Positions 28,981-37,930 of a DNA stretch of 64,000 nt are shown here, one piece after another. This stretch comes from an uncultured Trueperaceae bacterium (GTDB lineage Bacteria; Deinococcota; Deinococci; Deinococcales; Trueperaceae), in assembly GCA_963815215.1 (NCBI GenBank), contig CAWFFU010000010.1, positions 256,001 through 320,000 on the forward strand, given 5' to 3'. Numbering within the stretch: the stretch's first letter is position 1; each line of letters begins with the position of its first letter. Under the pieces are notes generated by a model. It saw only the letters and a program-made list of their open reading frames with translations, searched no databases and was not told the origin of the DNA. Made by a program: the position numbers and the translations under genes.

Positions 28981-31476
28981 GTGGCACTGTCGCTGATGGT
29001 CGGGCCGCCCGGATCAGGTCGCACCCACGCCATGCTGACGCGCGCCCGCGAAGCCTGCGCGGCGGGGCGTCGCGTGTGGTGGGTGGGCCTGCCGGCGCAG
29101 CGCAGCAGCGTGGTACGGCGGGCTACCGTGGAGGGCGGCGTCCCCGCCGATCCGACCGCTCCCGGCGCCGCCACGGCTCCGGGCACGGCTCTCACGATCG
29201 GCACCGCACTCCTCGGCCTCGAGTTCCTGACTCTGCAACAGGTCTACTACCGCATGCTGGCGCGCGCCCGCGAGCTCCACCCGCTGGTCATCGGCAGCGG
29301 CCGCCTGGTGCTGGTCGGCGAGGCGCTGGCGGAGGTCGCCGGTGCTGTGCCGGCACCGGGTGAGGCGCGGCTGTTCGCACAGGCCATCGCCGAGGCCAAG
29401 CGTTACGACGTGGGCCCGGACGGCGTCGGCGCGGATGGCGCCGGACCGGATGGCGCCGGACCGGCTGGCACCGGACCCGACGATCGCGACGACCCCGAGC
29501 GCCGGCGCCTGGCACGCGTGTTCTCCGCCTACGAGCGCCGCAAGGAGGCCGCCGGCGATGCCTGGGATTACGACGACTTCCGGGCGGCCGCCCGGCGGCT
29601 GGCCGAGACCACGCCCGAGGCCTGCGAGGCGGACGTCGTCATCGTCGATGGCTTCCGCGAACTGGGTCCTTTGGAGTTGCGGCTGTTCCGGGCGCTGGGG
29701 CGGCGGCGCGAGGTGCACCTCACGCTGCCCGCGGTGCCCGAGGGGCTGGCGTGGCCGGACGTCAGGCGCAGCGCCGGCGCCCCGCCGCGCAGCGTCGAGC
29801 GCTACCGCGCTCCGAATCCTGTGGCCGAAGCGCGCTGGGTGCTGCGCTCGCTCAAGCGCGATCTCGCCACGGGCGGCTACGACCCGCTCGACCTGGCGCT
29901 CGTCGCGCCGCCCGAGCGCGTGCGGGCGCTCGACGCGCTCGCCGACGAGTACGGCGTTCCCCTGATCGACGAGAGCCCGCGCTCGCTGGCCGAGTCGCCG
30001 GCCGGGCGGGTGCTGGTGGAGCTGCTCGAGCTCCCCGATCACCCCACGCCCTCGGCCCTGCTGGCGGTGCCCGAGCTCGCGGAGCTCGCCGACGCCGCCC
30101 TCGACGCCGGCGTGGCGGGCGCCGATGCCATCCAGGTGCTGGCGGAGCGGCTCGGCGTGCGCGAGCGCTACCGGTCCTGGCTGGCCGCGCTCGAGGTGGG
30201 GAGCGAGCCCCTGGCGTGGGCGAGACGGATGCTCGACGAGGTGTTGCCGTCGCTGCTGGTGCGGGCGCCGGCGGCGGCGGAGGGGTTGCCGGAGGCCTTC
30301 CGCGACGCCGCGCTGCGCGCGGCCCAGGAGGCCTCCCAGCTCGCCGCGGGCGCGGGCTTCCGGGCCTGGTGGGCGGCGCTGCTGCGCCAGGGGCGCCTGC
30401 CCCGGGAGCTGCCCGGCGGGGTGGCGTTGCTCACGCCGACGCTCGCCAGCGGCCGCCACTTCCGCAAGGCCTACCTGCTGGGGGCGGTCGAGGGCGCCTA
30501 CGGCGCCGGCGAGCGCGAGGACTACTTCATCCCCGAGGACGATCGCGCCACGCCGGAGGCGAGCAACGCGCACCTGGGGCTGCCCCAGCGCTTCCAGGGG
30601 CGTGACGCCGAGGCGCTCGAGGAGCTCCTGGCGCGCGCCGACGTGCTGGTGGTGACCGCCCCCGAGGCCGACCAGGGCGGACCGCTGGTGGCCGAGCCGG
30701 CGCTGACGGGCGGCCCGGCCGAGCCGCTCCCGCCGGTGCCCGCCGGGAGCTTGCTCGAGCTCCCGGCCGAGGCCCGTTACCGTGCCGAGCTCGGCACGGT
30801 GGAGCTGGGCGAGGCCAGCATCGAGGCGCTGCGCCGCTTCGACAGCTGCAGCCTGCGCTATTGGGGCGAGCGCCGCTTGGAGGACCGCGAGCGGGCGGAC
30901 CGACCCTGGTGGGAGGGGCTGCGCAGTGACCTGCGCCGCGAGCGGGCGCTCACGCCCGAACGTCGCGCCGCTCTGGCGGCGGCCTACCCGGAAGCCGCGG
31001 AGTGGCTGGAGCGTCGTGGCGACGCGCTTTCGGCCCTCACCTACGGCGTGCTGCTCCCGCAGGCGGGGAGCGCCACGGACGGCGCGGTCGTCCACGCTCG
31101 CCTCGACGCTGCCGTGCGCCAGGGCGGGCGCGCAACGCTGGTGCGCTTCGTGGCGCCCGACGCCGTGGCGGACGCAGTCGAAGCCGAGCACGTCATCAAG
31201 GAGCGCTGGACCGAGCTGTGGGCGGCGGGCCACCTGCTGGAGGGCTACCGCGGCCGCTTCAAGCGCGTCGACGTACAGGTGTGGCCCATCCTGGGCGACC
31301 CCATCGACGTCTACGAGGGCGGTATCCGTTACCGCTGGCGGCAGATCGATATGCGTGAGCGGCGTGCCGCGGCGGCCCTGGAGCGCTTCGGACGGGGCGC
31401 CGTGGGACCCCGACCGGGCTTCCACTGCCGCACCTGCCCCATCCTCGACGTCTGCCGGGAGGGCGAGGCGCCGTGA
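28981..31476 (+). CDS. addB: AddB-like subunit of a helicase-nuclease
   Basis: Degenerate Walker A GPPGSGRT, VIVDGFREL, and Fe-S staple Cys residues (FDSC ... CRTCPILDVC). Overlaps the addA start. Confidence 0.7.
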   Translation: MALSLMVGPPGSGRTHAMLTRAREACAAGRRVWWVGLPAQRSSVVRRATVEGGVPADPTAPGAATAPGTALTIGTALLGLEFLTLQQVYYRMLARARELHPLVIGSGRLVLVGEALAEVAGAVPAPGEARLFAQAIAEAKRYDVGPDGVGADGAGPDGAGPAGTGPDDRDDPERRRLARVFSAYERRKEAAGDAWDYDDFRAAARRLAETTPEACEADVVIVDGFRELGPLELRLFRALGRRREVHLTLPAVPEGLAWPDVRRSAGAPPRSVERYRAPNPVAEARWVLRSLKRDLATGGYDPLDLALVAPPERVRALDALADEYGVPLIDESPRSLAESPAGRVLVELLELPDHPTPSALLAVPELAELADAALDAGVAGADAIQVLAERLGVRERYRSWLAALEVGSEPLAWARRMLDEVLPSLLVRAPAAAEGLPEAFRDAALRAAQEASQLAAGAGFRAWWAALLRQGRLPRELPGGVALLTPTLASGRHFRKAYLLGAVEGAYGAGEREDYFIPEDDRATPEASNAHLGLPQRFQGRDAEALEELLARADVLVVTAPEADQGGPLVAEPALTGGPAEPLPPVPAGSLLELPAEARYRAELGTVELGEASIEALRRFDSCSLRYWGERRLEDRERADRPWWEGLRSDLRRERALTPERRAALAAAYPEAAEWLERRGDALSALTYGVLLPQAGSATDGAVVHARLDAAVRQGGRATLVRFVAPDAVADAVEAEHVIKERWTELWAAGHLLEGYRGRFKRVDVQVWPILGDPIDVYEGGIRYRWRQIDMRERRAAAALERFGRGAVGPRPGFHCRTCPILDVCREGEAP

Positions 31477-34238
31477 GGGTCCGGGTCGCGTCGGCGGGCA
31501 CCGGCAAGACCACCAGCCTGGTGCTGCGCTACCTGCAGCTCGTCGATGGCGGCCGCCCGCTGCGGCGCATCGCCGGCGTCACCTTCACCCGGGCGGCTGC
31601 CGACGAGCTGCGGCAACGCGTCGGCGCCGGCATCGAAGAGGTGCTGACCGACGGCGGCTACCTGGGTTCGGCGTTCCGGCCGGCGGGCGAGCCGGCGGCC
31701 TTCCGGCGGGCCCGGCGCGAGCTCGGCGGCGCCGTGCTCAGCACCATCCACGGCTTCATGATCGCCACCTTGCGGCTGTCGGCGCCGGTGCTCGGGCTCG
31801 ATCCGGACTTCGGCGTGCTGGGTGAGTGGGAGGCCGCCGCCATGTTCGAGGAGGAGGTCCGCGGCCTTCAGCTCCTCGCCGCCGACCCCGGCCACCCGCG
31901 GCACGCCGACGCCGCGCTGCTGGGCGAGCGGGCGGGCGAGCTGATGATGGCGCTGTTCGGCAAGCGCTCGCTGGCCCCTGAGCTCGAGCCCGGCGGCGCG
32001 GCGCACGAGCGCGCCCTGCTGGCGCTGTTCCGCAGCGCCTACGAGCGCTACCTGGCGCGGCTGTCGGGGGCGCTGGTGGCCCCGGGGGAGGTCGAGCGGC
32101 GGGCGCTGAAGGCCCTGGACGTACCGCAGGCGCGCGCCCGCCTGGTGGCGCGGTTCCCGGTGGCGCTGGTCGACGAGTTCCAGGACGTCAACCCTGTGCA
32201 GGGCGCTTTCTTCCGGCGGCTGGAGGCGATGGGCGTGCAGGTGGAGGTGGTGGGCGACCCGAAGCAGTCGATCTACGGCTTCCGCAACGCCGACGTCGAA
32301 GTGTTCCGCGCCGCGCTCGACGACGCCGAGCGCGCGGGCGAGGTCGATGCGCCGCTGACCGACACGCGGCGCCACGCCCGCGCCGTGACCGATTTCCTGA
32401 ACCGCCTCACCGAGGGGCTCGCCCGGCGTTCGCTCGGGTTCGGACCGCGCGAGGCCCCGCCGGTCCGGGCCGCCGGCGCGCAGGCCGACAAGTCCGGGCA
32501 GGTGGCGCTGCACTGGGTGGTGGGCGACGAGCGCATGGCCGCGCTGCGGGCCCGCGAAGGCGCGGTCCTGGCGGAGGCGCTGCGGCGGCACCATGCCGAC
32601 GGCGTCCCCTACGACGCCATGGCGGTGCTGGCCCGCAGCTACGGGGGGCTGGCCGTGGCCGAGGAGGCGTTGCGCGGCGCCGGCGTCCCCTGCGTGATGC
32701 TCCAGGGTCGCGGTTACTACGACCGCAGCGAGATCCGCGACCTCTACCATGCCCTGCGCGTCGGTATCCGGCCCGAAGGGATGAGCCTGGCGGCGTTCCT
32801 GCGCGGGCCCTTCGGCCAGCTCGATCTGGCGCGGGTCGACGCCGTGATGCGCGCCGAGCGCCCGTTGCAGGCCCTGCGCGACACCAGTGCCGCCGTTGCC
32901 GATCGCATCGAGACGCTGCAGGCCATCGTGCGGCTGCCGCCGTTGGAGGCGCTCAAGCGCCTCATCCGCGATCCGCTGGTGGACGGCCGCCGCTACGTCG
33001 AGTTCCTCGACGAACGCGCGCGCCAGAACGTCGACGCGCTGCTGTTCGAGGTCGCCGCGCGCACCCCGCGCGACCTCGAGGTGCTGCTCGACCGGCTCGA
33101 GCTGCTCAGCCGCCAGGCGGAGGCGGGCGACGTCCCGCAGAGCGGCGACGGCGTGCGGTTGCTGACGGTGCACCGCTCCAAGGGGCTGGAGTTCGCGCTG
33201 ACCGCGGTCTTCGACGCCGGACGCATGCTGGTGGCGCGCACCGACGCTCTGTACCTCGACCCGCGCGACGGCCGCCCGCGGCTGGCGGGGAGCGAGGGCT
33301 TCGAGGAGGCGCGGCAGCGCGCGCAGGAGCGCGACGAGCAGGAGAGCTACCGGTTGCTCTACGTCGCCGCCAGCCGGGCGCGCGACACGCTGATCGTCAC
33401 CGGCAGCGTCAAGGCGGGCGATCCACAGGGCTGGGCGGCGGCGCTGGCGGCGATCGGCTTCGGACCGGACGCCGAGGCGCCCGGGGTGCGCATCCACACG
33501 CATGCCGGCGCGGAGCCGGCGCCGCCGCCGCGCGCGGCCACCGAGGTCCCGGCCGCGGGGCTGCCGGCGGCACCGTGGTTGACGCGGCGCTTCGCGCCGC
33601 ACCGCTACCCCGCGGTGTACAGCCCCTCCCGCCTGCGTCACGAGACCCGCAGCGGGGGCGTGCCCGAGCCGGAAGGGGAGCCGCTGCCCCCGTCGGACCC
33701 GGACGACGACGCGGCGCTGCCCGGGCGCGGCGCTGCCGTCGGCACGCTGGTGCACTACGCCATCGGCCAGGACTGGGATCCGGACGACGCCGCCACGCGC
33801 GCCAACCTGGTGGCGCAGGAGGTGATGTTCGCCTTCGCGCCCGACGAGCGCCGCGAGCTGCTCGATGAAGTGCTGGGATTGGTCCGCGGCTACCGCTCGC
33901 TGCTCGGCGGCGCGCTGCCGGCGCTGGCGGCACGGCGGCACGACCGGGCCGAGCTGCCGGTCGCGGTGCCGTACGGCGGCACCGTGTGGCAGGGCGTCAT
34001 CGATCGGCTCTACCGCACCGACGGGGGGTGGACGGTGGAGGATTACAAGACCGACAAGACCGTGCGGCCGGAGCGCTACGCCTTCCAGCTGGCACTCTAC
34101 GTACACGCCGTGGAGCGCGCGCTGGGCGAGCGTCCACGGGCGCAGCTGGTGTACCTGCGCGAGGGCGCCGTGGTGGGCGTCGACGACGCCGTCCTACGCG
34201 ATGCGTTCGACCGCGCGATGGAGGGGGAGGGGGCGTGA
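31473..34238 (+). CDS. addA: AddA-like UvrD helicase with C-terminal PD-(D/E)xK nuclease
   Basis: ASAGTGKT, VDEFQD, VGDPKQSIYGFR, TVHRSKGLEF, LLYVAASRA and GVIDRL...EDYKT. Confidence 0.85.
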   Translation: MRVRVASAGTGKTTSLVLRYLQLVDGGRPLRRIAGVTFTRAAADELRQRVGAGIEEVLTDGGYLGSAFRPAGEPAAFRRARRELGGAVLSTIHGFMIATLRLSAPVLGLDPDFGVLGEWEAAAMFEEEVRGLQLLAADPGHPRHADAALLGERAGELMMALFGKRSLAPELEPGGAAHERALLALFRSAYERYLARLSGALVAPGEVERRALKALDVPQARARLVARFPVALVDEFQDVNPVQGAFFRRLEAMGVQVEVVGDPKQSIYGFRNADVEVFRAALDDAERAGEVDAPLTDTRRHARAVTDFLNRLTEGLARRSLGFGPREAPPVRAAGAQADKSGQVALHWVVGDERMAALRAREGAVLAEALRRHHADGVPYDAMAVLARSYGGLAVAEEALRGAGVPCVMLQGRGYYDRSEIRDLYHALRVGIRPEGMSLAAFLRGPFGQLDLARVDAVMRAERPLQALRDTSAAVADRIETLQAIVRLPPLEALKRLIRDPLVDGRRYVEFLDERARQNVDALLFEVAARTPRDLEVLLDRLELLSRQAEAGDVPQSGDGVRLLTVHRSKGLEFALTAVFDAGRMLVARTDALYLDPRDGRPRLAGSEGFEEARQRAQERDEQESYRLLYVAASRARDTLIVTGSVKAGDPQGWAAALAAIGFGPDAEAPGVRIHTHAGAEPAPPPRAATEVPAAGLPAAPWLTRRFAPHRYPAVYSPSRLRHETRSGGVPEPEGEPLPPSDPDDDAALPGRGAAVGTLVHYAIGQDWDPDDAATRANLVAQEVMFAFAPDERRELLDEVLGLVRGYRSLLGGALPALAARRHDRAELPVAVPYGGTVWQGVIDRLYRTDGGWTVEDYKTDKTVRPERYAFQLALYVHAVERALGERPRAQLVYLREGAVVGVDDAVLRDAFDRAMEGEGA

Positions 34239-34660
34239 GCGGAGCGTCACCGTCGCGTTGGACGCTCGAGCTGCGGGTGCGGGAGGACGACCTCGACGAG
34301 CTGGGGCACGTCAACAACGCCCACTATCTGCGCTACGCCGAGGAGGCCGCCCGGGCCCACTCGGCCGCGCGCGGCTTCCCGCTGGAGGCGTACCTGGCGC
34401 TGGGCGCGCTACCGGTGGTGCGGCGCCACGAGATCCGCTACCGCCGGCCTGCGTTGCCCGGTGACACCCTGACGGTCACCACCGAGCTGCGCCGGCTCGA
34501 CGAGCGCCGGGCGGTGCGGCACACCGACATCCGGCGCGCCGGCGACGGCACGCTGCTGGCCGAAGCGATCACCGAGTGGGTGTGGGTGGACGCCGCCCGC
34601 GGGCGCCCTGTACGGGTGCCGAAGCCCGTTCTGGAGGCGTTCGCGGTCGCCGAGCCCTAG
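34235..34660 (+). CDS. Acyl-CoA thioesterase (4HBT/YbgC-like)
   Basis: DLDELGHVNNAHYLRY. The GTG overlaps the addA stop. Confidence 0.9.
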   Translation: MSGASPSRWTLELRVREDDLDELGHVNNAHYLRYAEEAARAHSAARGFPLEAYLALGALPVVRRHEIRYRRPALPGDTLTVTTELRRLDERRAVRHTDIRRAGDGTLLAEAITEWVWVDAARGRPVRVPKPVLEAFAVAEP

Positions 34661-35358
34661 CCGGGCCGGGACGCCTCGGGCCCGGCGGCGGTGCGGTAGA
34701 GCACCGCGTTCCCGCGCTTGCCCACCGGTTCGATGAGCTCGAGCGCGCGCAGGCAGTAGGCGGCCTCCTGCGCGGTGCGCCGCGGCAACCCTCCGAGCGC
34801 GGCCAGATCGGCCGTTCCGAAGGGATCGGGCAGTGCGTCGGGCAGGAACGCCAGCAGGTCGCTGGGGCGCCGGAGCCTGCGCCGCTCGCGCACGGCGAGC
34901 AGCTCGCGCCCCACGACCACCCAGCCCTGGCGGCGCCACGCCTTGCCCGGCTGATGGCGGCGCAGCTCCTCCTGCTCGGTCAGCAGCACCTCGAGCTCGA
35001 AGTTGGGGTGCGAGAGCAGGTCGGGGATGCTCACCAGCTCGCGGAAGATGTCCTCGGCGCGACCGCGCTTGGGCGAGCGGCGGCGGGTGCGGCTGCCGTC
35101 CTCGAAGCAGCGCACGATCCACTTCCTCTCGGCCACCGGCAGCACCAGCCGCAGCCGGTGGTTCGGCAGCAGCGCCGCCAGCTTGGGGCGCATGCCGGCG
35201 ACGTTGCGCGTCTGGATCTCGATCAACAGATCGTCCGCCACCACGTCCACGACGTAGCCCTCGACATCGACCTCGAAGCGGCTGCCGGGAGGCGCCAGCC
35301 GGCGCTTGAGAGCGGCATGCAGGGGCGTCTCGTTGAGCGAGCCGATGACGCGGGGCAC
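34657..35358 (-). CDS. Hypothetical protein, PD-(D/E)xK-like nuclease fold with C-terminal wHTH
   Basis: ETPLHAALK, FEV..GYVVD, LIEIQT and C-terminal FGTADLA...AYCLR. TAGCAT lies 5 nt before the GTG. Confidence 0.7.
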   Translation of the reverse strand: MPRVIGSLNETPLHAALKRRLAPPGSRFEVDVEGYVVDVVADDLLIEIQTRNVAGMRPKLAALLPNHRLRLVLPVAERKWIVRCFEDGSRTRRRSPKRGRAEDIFRELVSIPDLLSHPNFELEVLLTEQEELRRHQPGKAWRRQGWVVVGRELLAVRERRRLRRPSDLLAFLPDALPDPFGTADLAALGGLPRRTAQEAAYCLRALELIEPVGKRGNAVLYRTAAGPEASRPG

Positions 35359-35440
35359 GGACCATGCTATCCGCCCGGAGGGTCTAGGGTTCTGCCTAGT
35401 GCGTGGCCATGCGCCGCCGGTGATCTGGCACACTCGCTGC

Positions 35441-35701
35441 ATGGACCTCACGGAACGACCGGCAACCTTGGGCGGCATGGAGGGCGTTCTCGTCGGCACG
35501 GCGGAGGACGGGTGGGTGTGGCGCACCGAGATCCCGCCGGGAAAGCTGGCGGCCTTCCTCGGCGGCACAGCGGCGGGCTCGGTGCTCGAGCTCCGGTCGG
35601 AGTCGGGGGTGTGCCACGCCGACGTGCGGCGCTGCTGGGTGGATGTCGGGGAGGACGCCTTCACCCTGCGCGTGGCGCTGCAGGCGCGCCCGGTGGCCTG
35701 A
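35441..35701 (+). CDS. Hypothetical protein (86 aa)
   Basis: Typical codon usage. CACACT lies 6 nt before the ATG. Confidence 0.6.
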   Translation: MDLTERPATLGGMEGVLVGTAEDGWVWRTEIPPGKLAAFLGGTAAGSVLELRSESGVCHADVRRCWVDVGEDAFTLRVALQARPVA

Positions 35702-35846
35702 GCCCCGCCCAGAGCACCGCCCTGCGCCCCGCCCTGCGCCCCGCCCCGCGCCCCGCCCTGCACGGTGTTCCCCGTCGTTGTTCCCGTCCGGTGTCCCACC
35801 CGGTGTGCCGCCCGGCGCCCGGCCGCCGGCGAGGGTGCGACCGCCC

Positions 35847-35875
35847 TTGCCAAGGGCCCTTCAAGGCCCTAGACT
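35847..35875 (+). promoter_or_regulatory. csp promoter with long 5' UTR
   Basis: TTGCCA-17 nt-TAGACT, about 140 nt before the ATG, as is typical of cspA-type leaders. Confidence 0.6.
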
Positions 35876-36022
35876 GCACTCGTCCGGAAAAGGCGTCCGT
35901 GACGCCCTTCACCGGCATCCCGCCCGGCCGTGCCCCGGGGCGTGTCCGCCCCGCCAGCGGTCGCCGGGATGAACTCTTCGGGGTCCGCGCCCGTCCGGGT
36001 GAGCGGACCGGTAGGGAAGGCC

Positions 36023-36277
36023 ATGGCAACAGGCAAGGTGAAGTGGTTCAGCAACGAGAAGGGCTACGGTTTCATCGAGCAGGACGGTGGTGGGGAGGAC
36101 GTCTTCGTTCACTTCTCCGCCATCGAGGGCGACGGCTTCCGCTCGTTGGGTGAGGGCGACGCCGTGAGCTTCGACATCGAGAAGGGTGGCAAGGGGCCGC
36201 AGGCGCAGAACGTCGTCGTGACGGCTGCCGGCAGCCCGCAACAGGGCGCGAGCGGGGGGCGGCGCGGACGCTTCTGA
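36023..36277 (+). CDS. Cold-shock protein
   Basis: GKVKWF, KGYGFI (RNP1) and VFVHFS (RNP2). Short Gly/Arg-rich tail. Confidence 0.96.
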   Translation: MATGKVKWFSNEKGYGFIEQDGGGEDVFVHFSAIEGDGFRSLGEGDAVSFDIEKGGKGPQAQNVVVTAAGSPQQGASGGRRGRF

Positions 36278-36392
36278 GGAGCCTTTCGCTTGGTCACGGG
36301 CCCGGTGCGCAGCGCCGGGCCCGTTCACGATGCCGGCGCTAGACTGCCTCGAGCATCGCGCCCGCCGGGCGCGGGCCCGACCGGGAGGTGCC

Positions 36393-36599
36393 ATGAGCGA
36401 ACACGTCTACAAGAAGATCGAGTTGACCGGATCCTCCGAGACGAGCCTCGAGGACGCGATCCACAACGCCGTGGGCAAGGCGGCCGAGACGATCCACGAC
36501 CTGCGTTGGTTCGAGGTGGTCGACATGCGCGGGCACATCGAGGACGGCCGCGTCGCCCACTATCAGGTGACGGTCAAGGTCGGCTTCACGCTGGACTGA
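36393..36599 (+). CDS. Dodecin (flavin-binding)
   Basis: [17 protein letters not shown] and [17 protein letters not shown]. Confidence 0.95.
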   Translation: MSEHVYKKIELTGSSETSLEDAIHNAVGKAAETIHDLRWFEVVDMRGHIEDGRVAHYQVTVKVGFTLD

Positions 36600-36757
36600 G
36601 CCGGTCGCAGGCCGGGGCCGCCTCGTCGCCGCCTACCTCGGTCGCCTACCTCGGTCGCCTACCTCGTCGCCGCCTGCCTCGTCGCCGCTTGCGGTGTGTA
36701 GCGGTCCGGTGCAGGCGTCCCGTGCAGGCGTCCGATGCCGCGGCGATAGACTCGGGC

Positions 36758-37930
36758 ATGACAACACGACTGGAGGGGATCCTGGCGCTGCCATCGGGGC
36801 TGGCGGCGGGTGCGCTGAGCTACGGCGAGCGCATCGAGGCGATCGACGCGGGCACGCCGGCGGCGTCCGGACCGGCGATGACGTCGCTGCTCGCCGAGGT
36901 GCGGCGTGGCGGCGCCCCCCTGATCCTGCCGGGCTTCGTCGACGCACACGTGCACGGCGGCGGGGGCGGCGACACCATGGACGGTCCGGAGGGCGTTCGC
37001 ACGCTGGCCGCCTTCCACCTGCGGCACGGCACCACGACGCTGCTGCCGACCACCATCACCAATCCCTGGGCCGATGTACTGCGCGCCCTGCAGGGCGTGC
37101 GCGAGGTGATGGACGACCCGGCGGCGCCCGACGGGGGGCCCCTGCCCTCCATCCCGGGCGCGCACCTGGAGGGGCCGTTCATCAGCCCGGAGCGGCTCGG
37201 CGCGCAACCCCCCATGACCCTCGCTCCCGACCCCGAGCGCATCGAGGCGGTGCTGAAGGCCGGCGTCGTTCGGGTGGTGACGCTCGCGCCGGAGGTAGAG
37301 GGTGCCCTCCACGCCGCCGCCACGCTGGCGCGGGCCGGGGTGCGGGTGAGCATCGGGCACACCAATGCCGGCTTCGAGGAGGCGCGCGCGCTGATCGATG
37401 CGGTGCGCGCTGAGGGCGGCACCGTCGGCTTCACCCACCTGTTCAACGCCATGACCGCGCTGGGGAGCCGCGCGCCGGGCACCGTTGGCGCGGCCCTCGC
37501 CGACGAGCACGCCTACGCCGAGCTGATCCTCGACCTACATCACGTCCACAGCGCCAGCTTCCGTGTGGCCGCGGCGGCCAAAGGGGGCCGTCTCCACCTG
37601 ATCACCGACGCCATCCGCGCCTGCGGCCTGCCGGAAGGGGAGACCGAGCTGGGCGGTCAGCGCGTGCTGGTGCACGGCGGCGCCGCGCGCTTGCCGAGCG
37701 GCTCGCTGGCCGGGAGCGTGCTCACGCTCGACGTCGCCTTCCGCAACGCCGTTGCGTGCGGCCTCAGCGTGGTCCGGGCCAGCGCGCTGGCTTCCGGCGT
37801 GGCGGCCCGCTACCTGGGGCTGGAGGACCGTGGCGAGCTCGCCGTCGGCAAGCGTGCCGATGTGTTGACCCTCGACGGCGAGCTGGCGCTGCGCTCGGTG
37901 GTGGTGGCCGGCCGGCCGGTGCCCCTCTAG
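36758..37930 (+). CDS. nagA: N-acetylglucosamine-6-phosphate deacetylase
   Basis: PGFVDAHVHG, HLEGPF, TLAPE, THLFNAM and LAGS. Confidence 0.93.
   Translation: MTTRLEGILALPSGLAAGALSYGERIEAIDAGTPAASGPAMTSLLAEVRRGGAPLILPGFVDAHVHGGGGGDTMDGPEGVRTLAAFHLRHGTTTLLPTTITNPWADVLRALQGVREVMDDPAAPDGGPLPSIPGAHLEGPFISPERLGAQPPMTLAPDPERIEAVLKAGVVRVVTLAPEVEGALHAAATLARAGVRVSIGHTNAGFEEARALIDAVRAEGGTVGFTHLFNAMTALGSRAPGTVGAALADEHAYAELILDLHHVHSASFRVAAAAKGGRLHLITDAIRACGLPEGETELGGQRVLVHGGAARLPSGSLAGSVLTLDVAFRNAVACGLSVVRASALASGVAARYLGLEDRGELAVGKRADVLTLDGELALRSVVVAGRPVPL

Noticed and set aside
28981..34238. Helicase-nuclease pair as a new anti-phage system or Cas4
   Set aside because: Domain order and motifs fit AddAB, the context is housekeeping, and there is no compositional anomaly.
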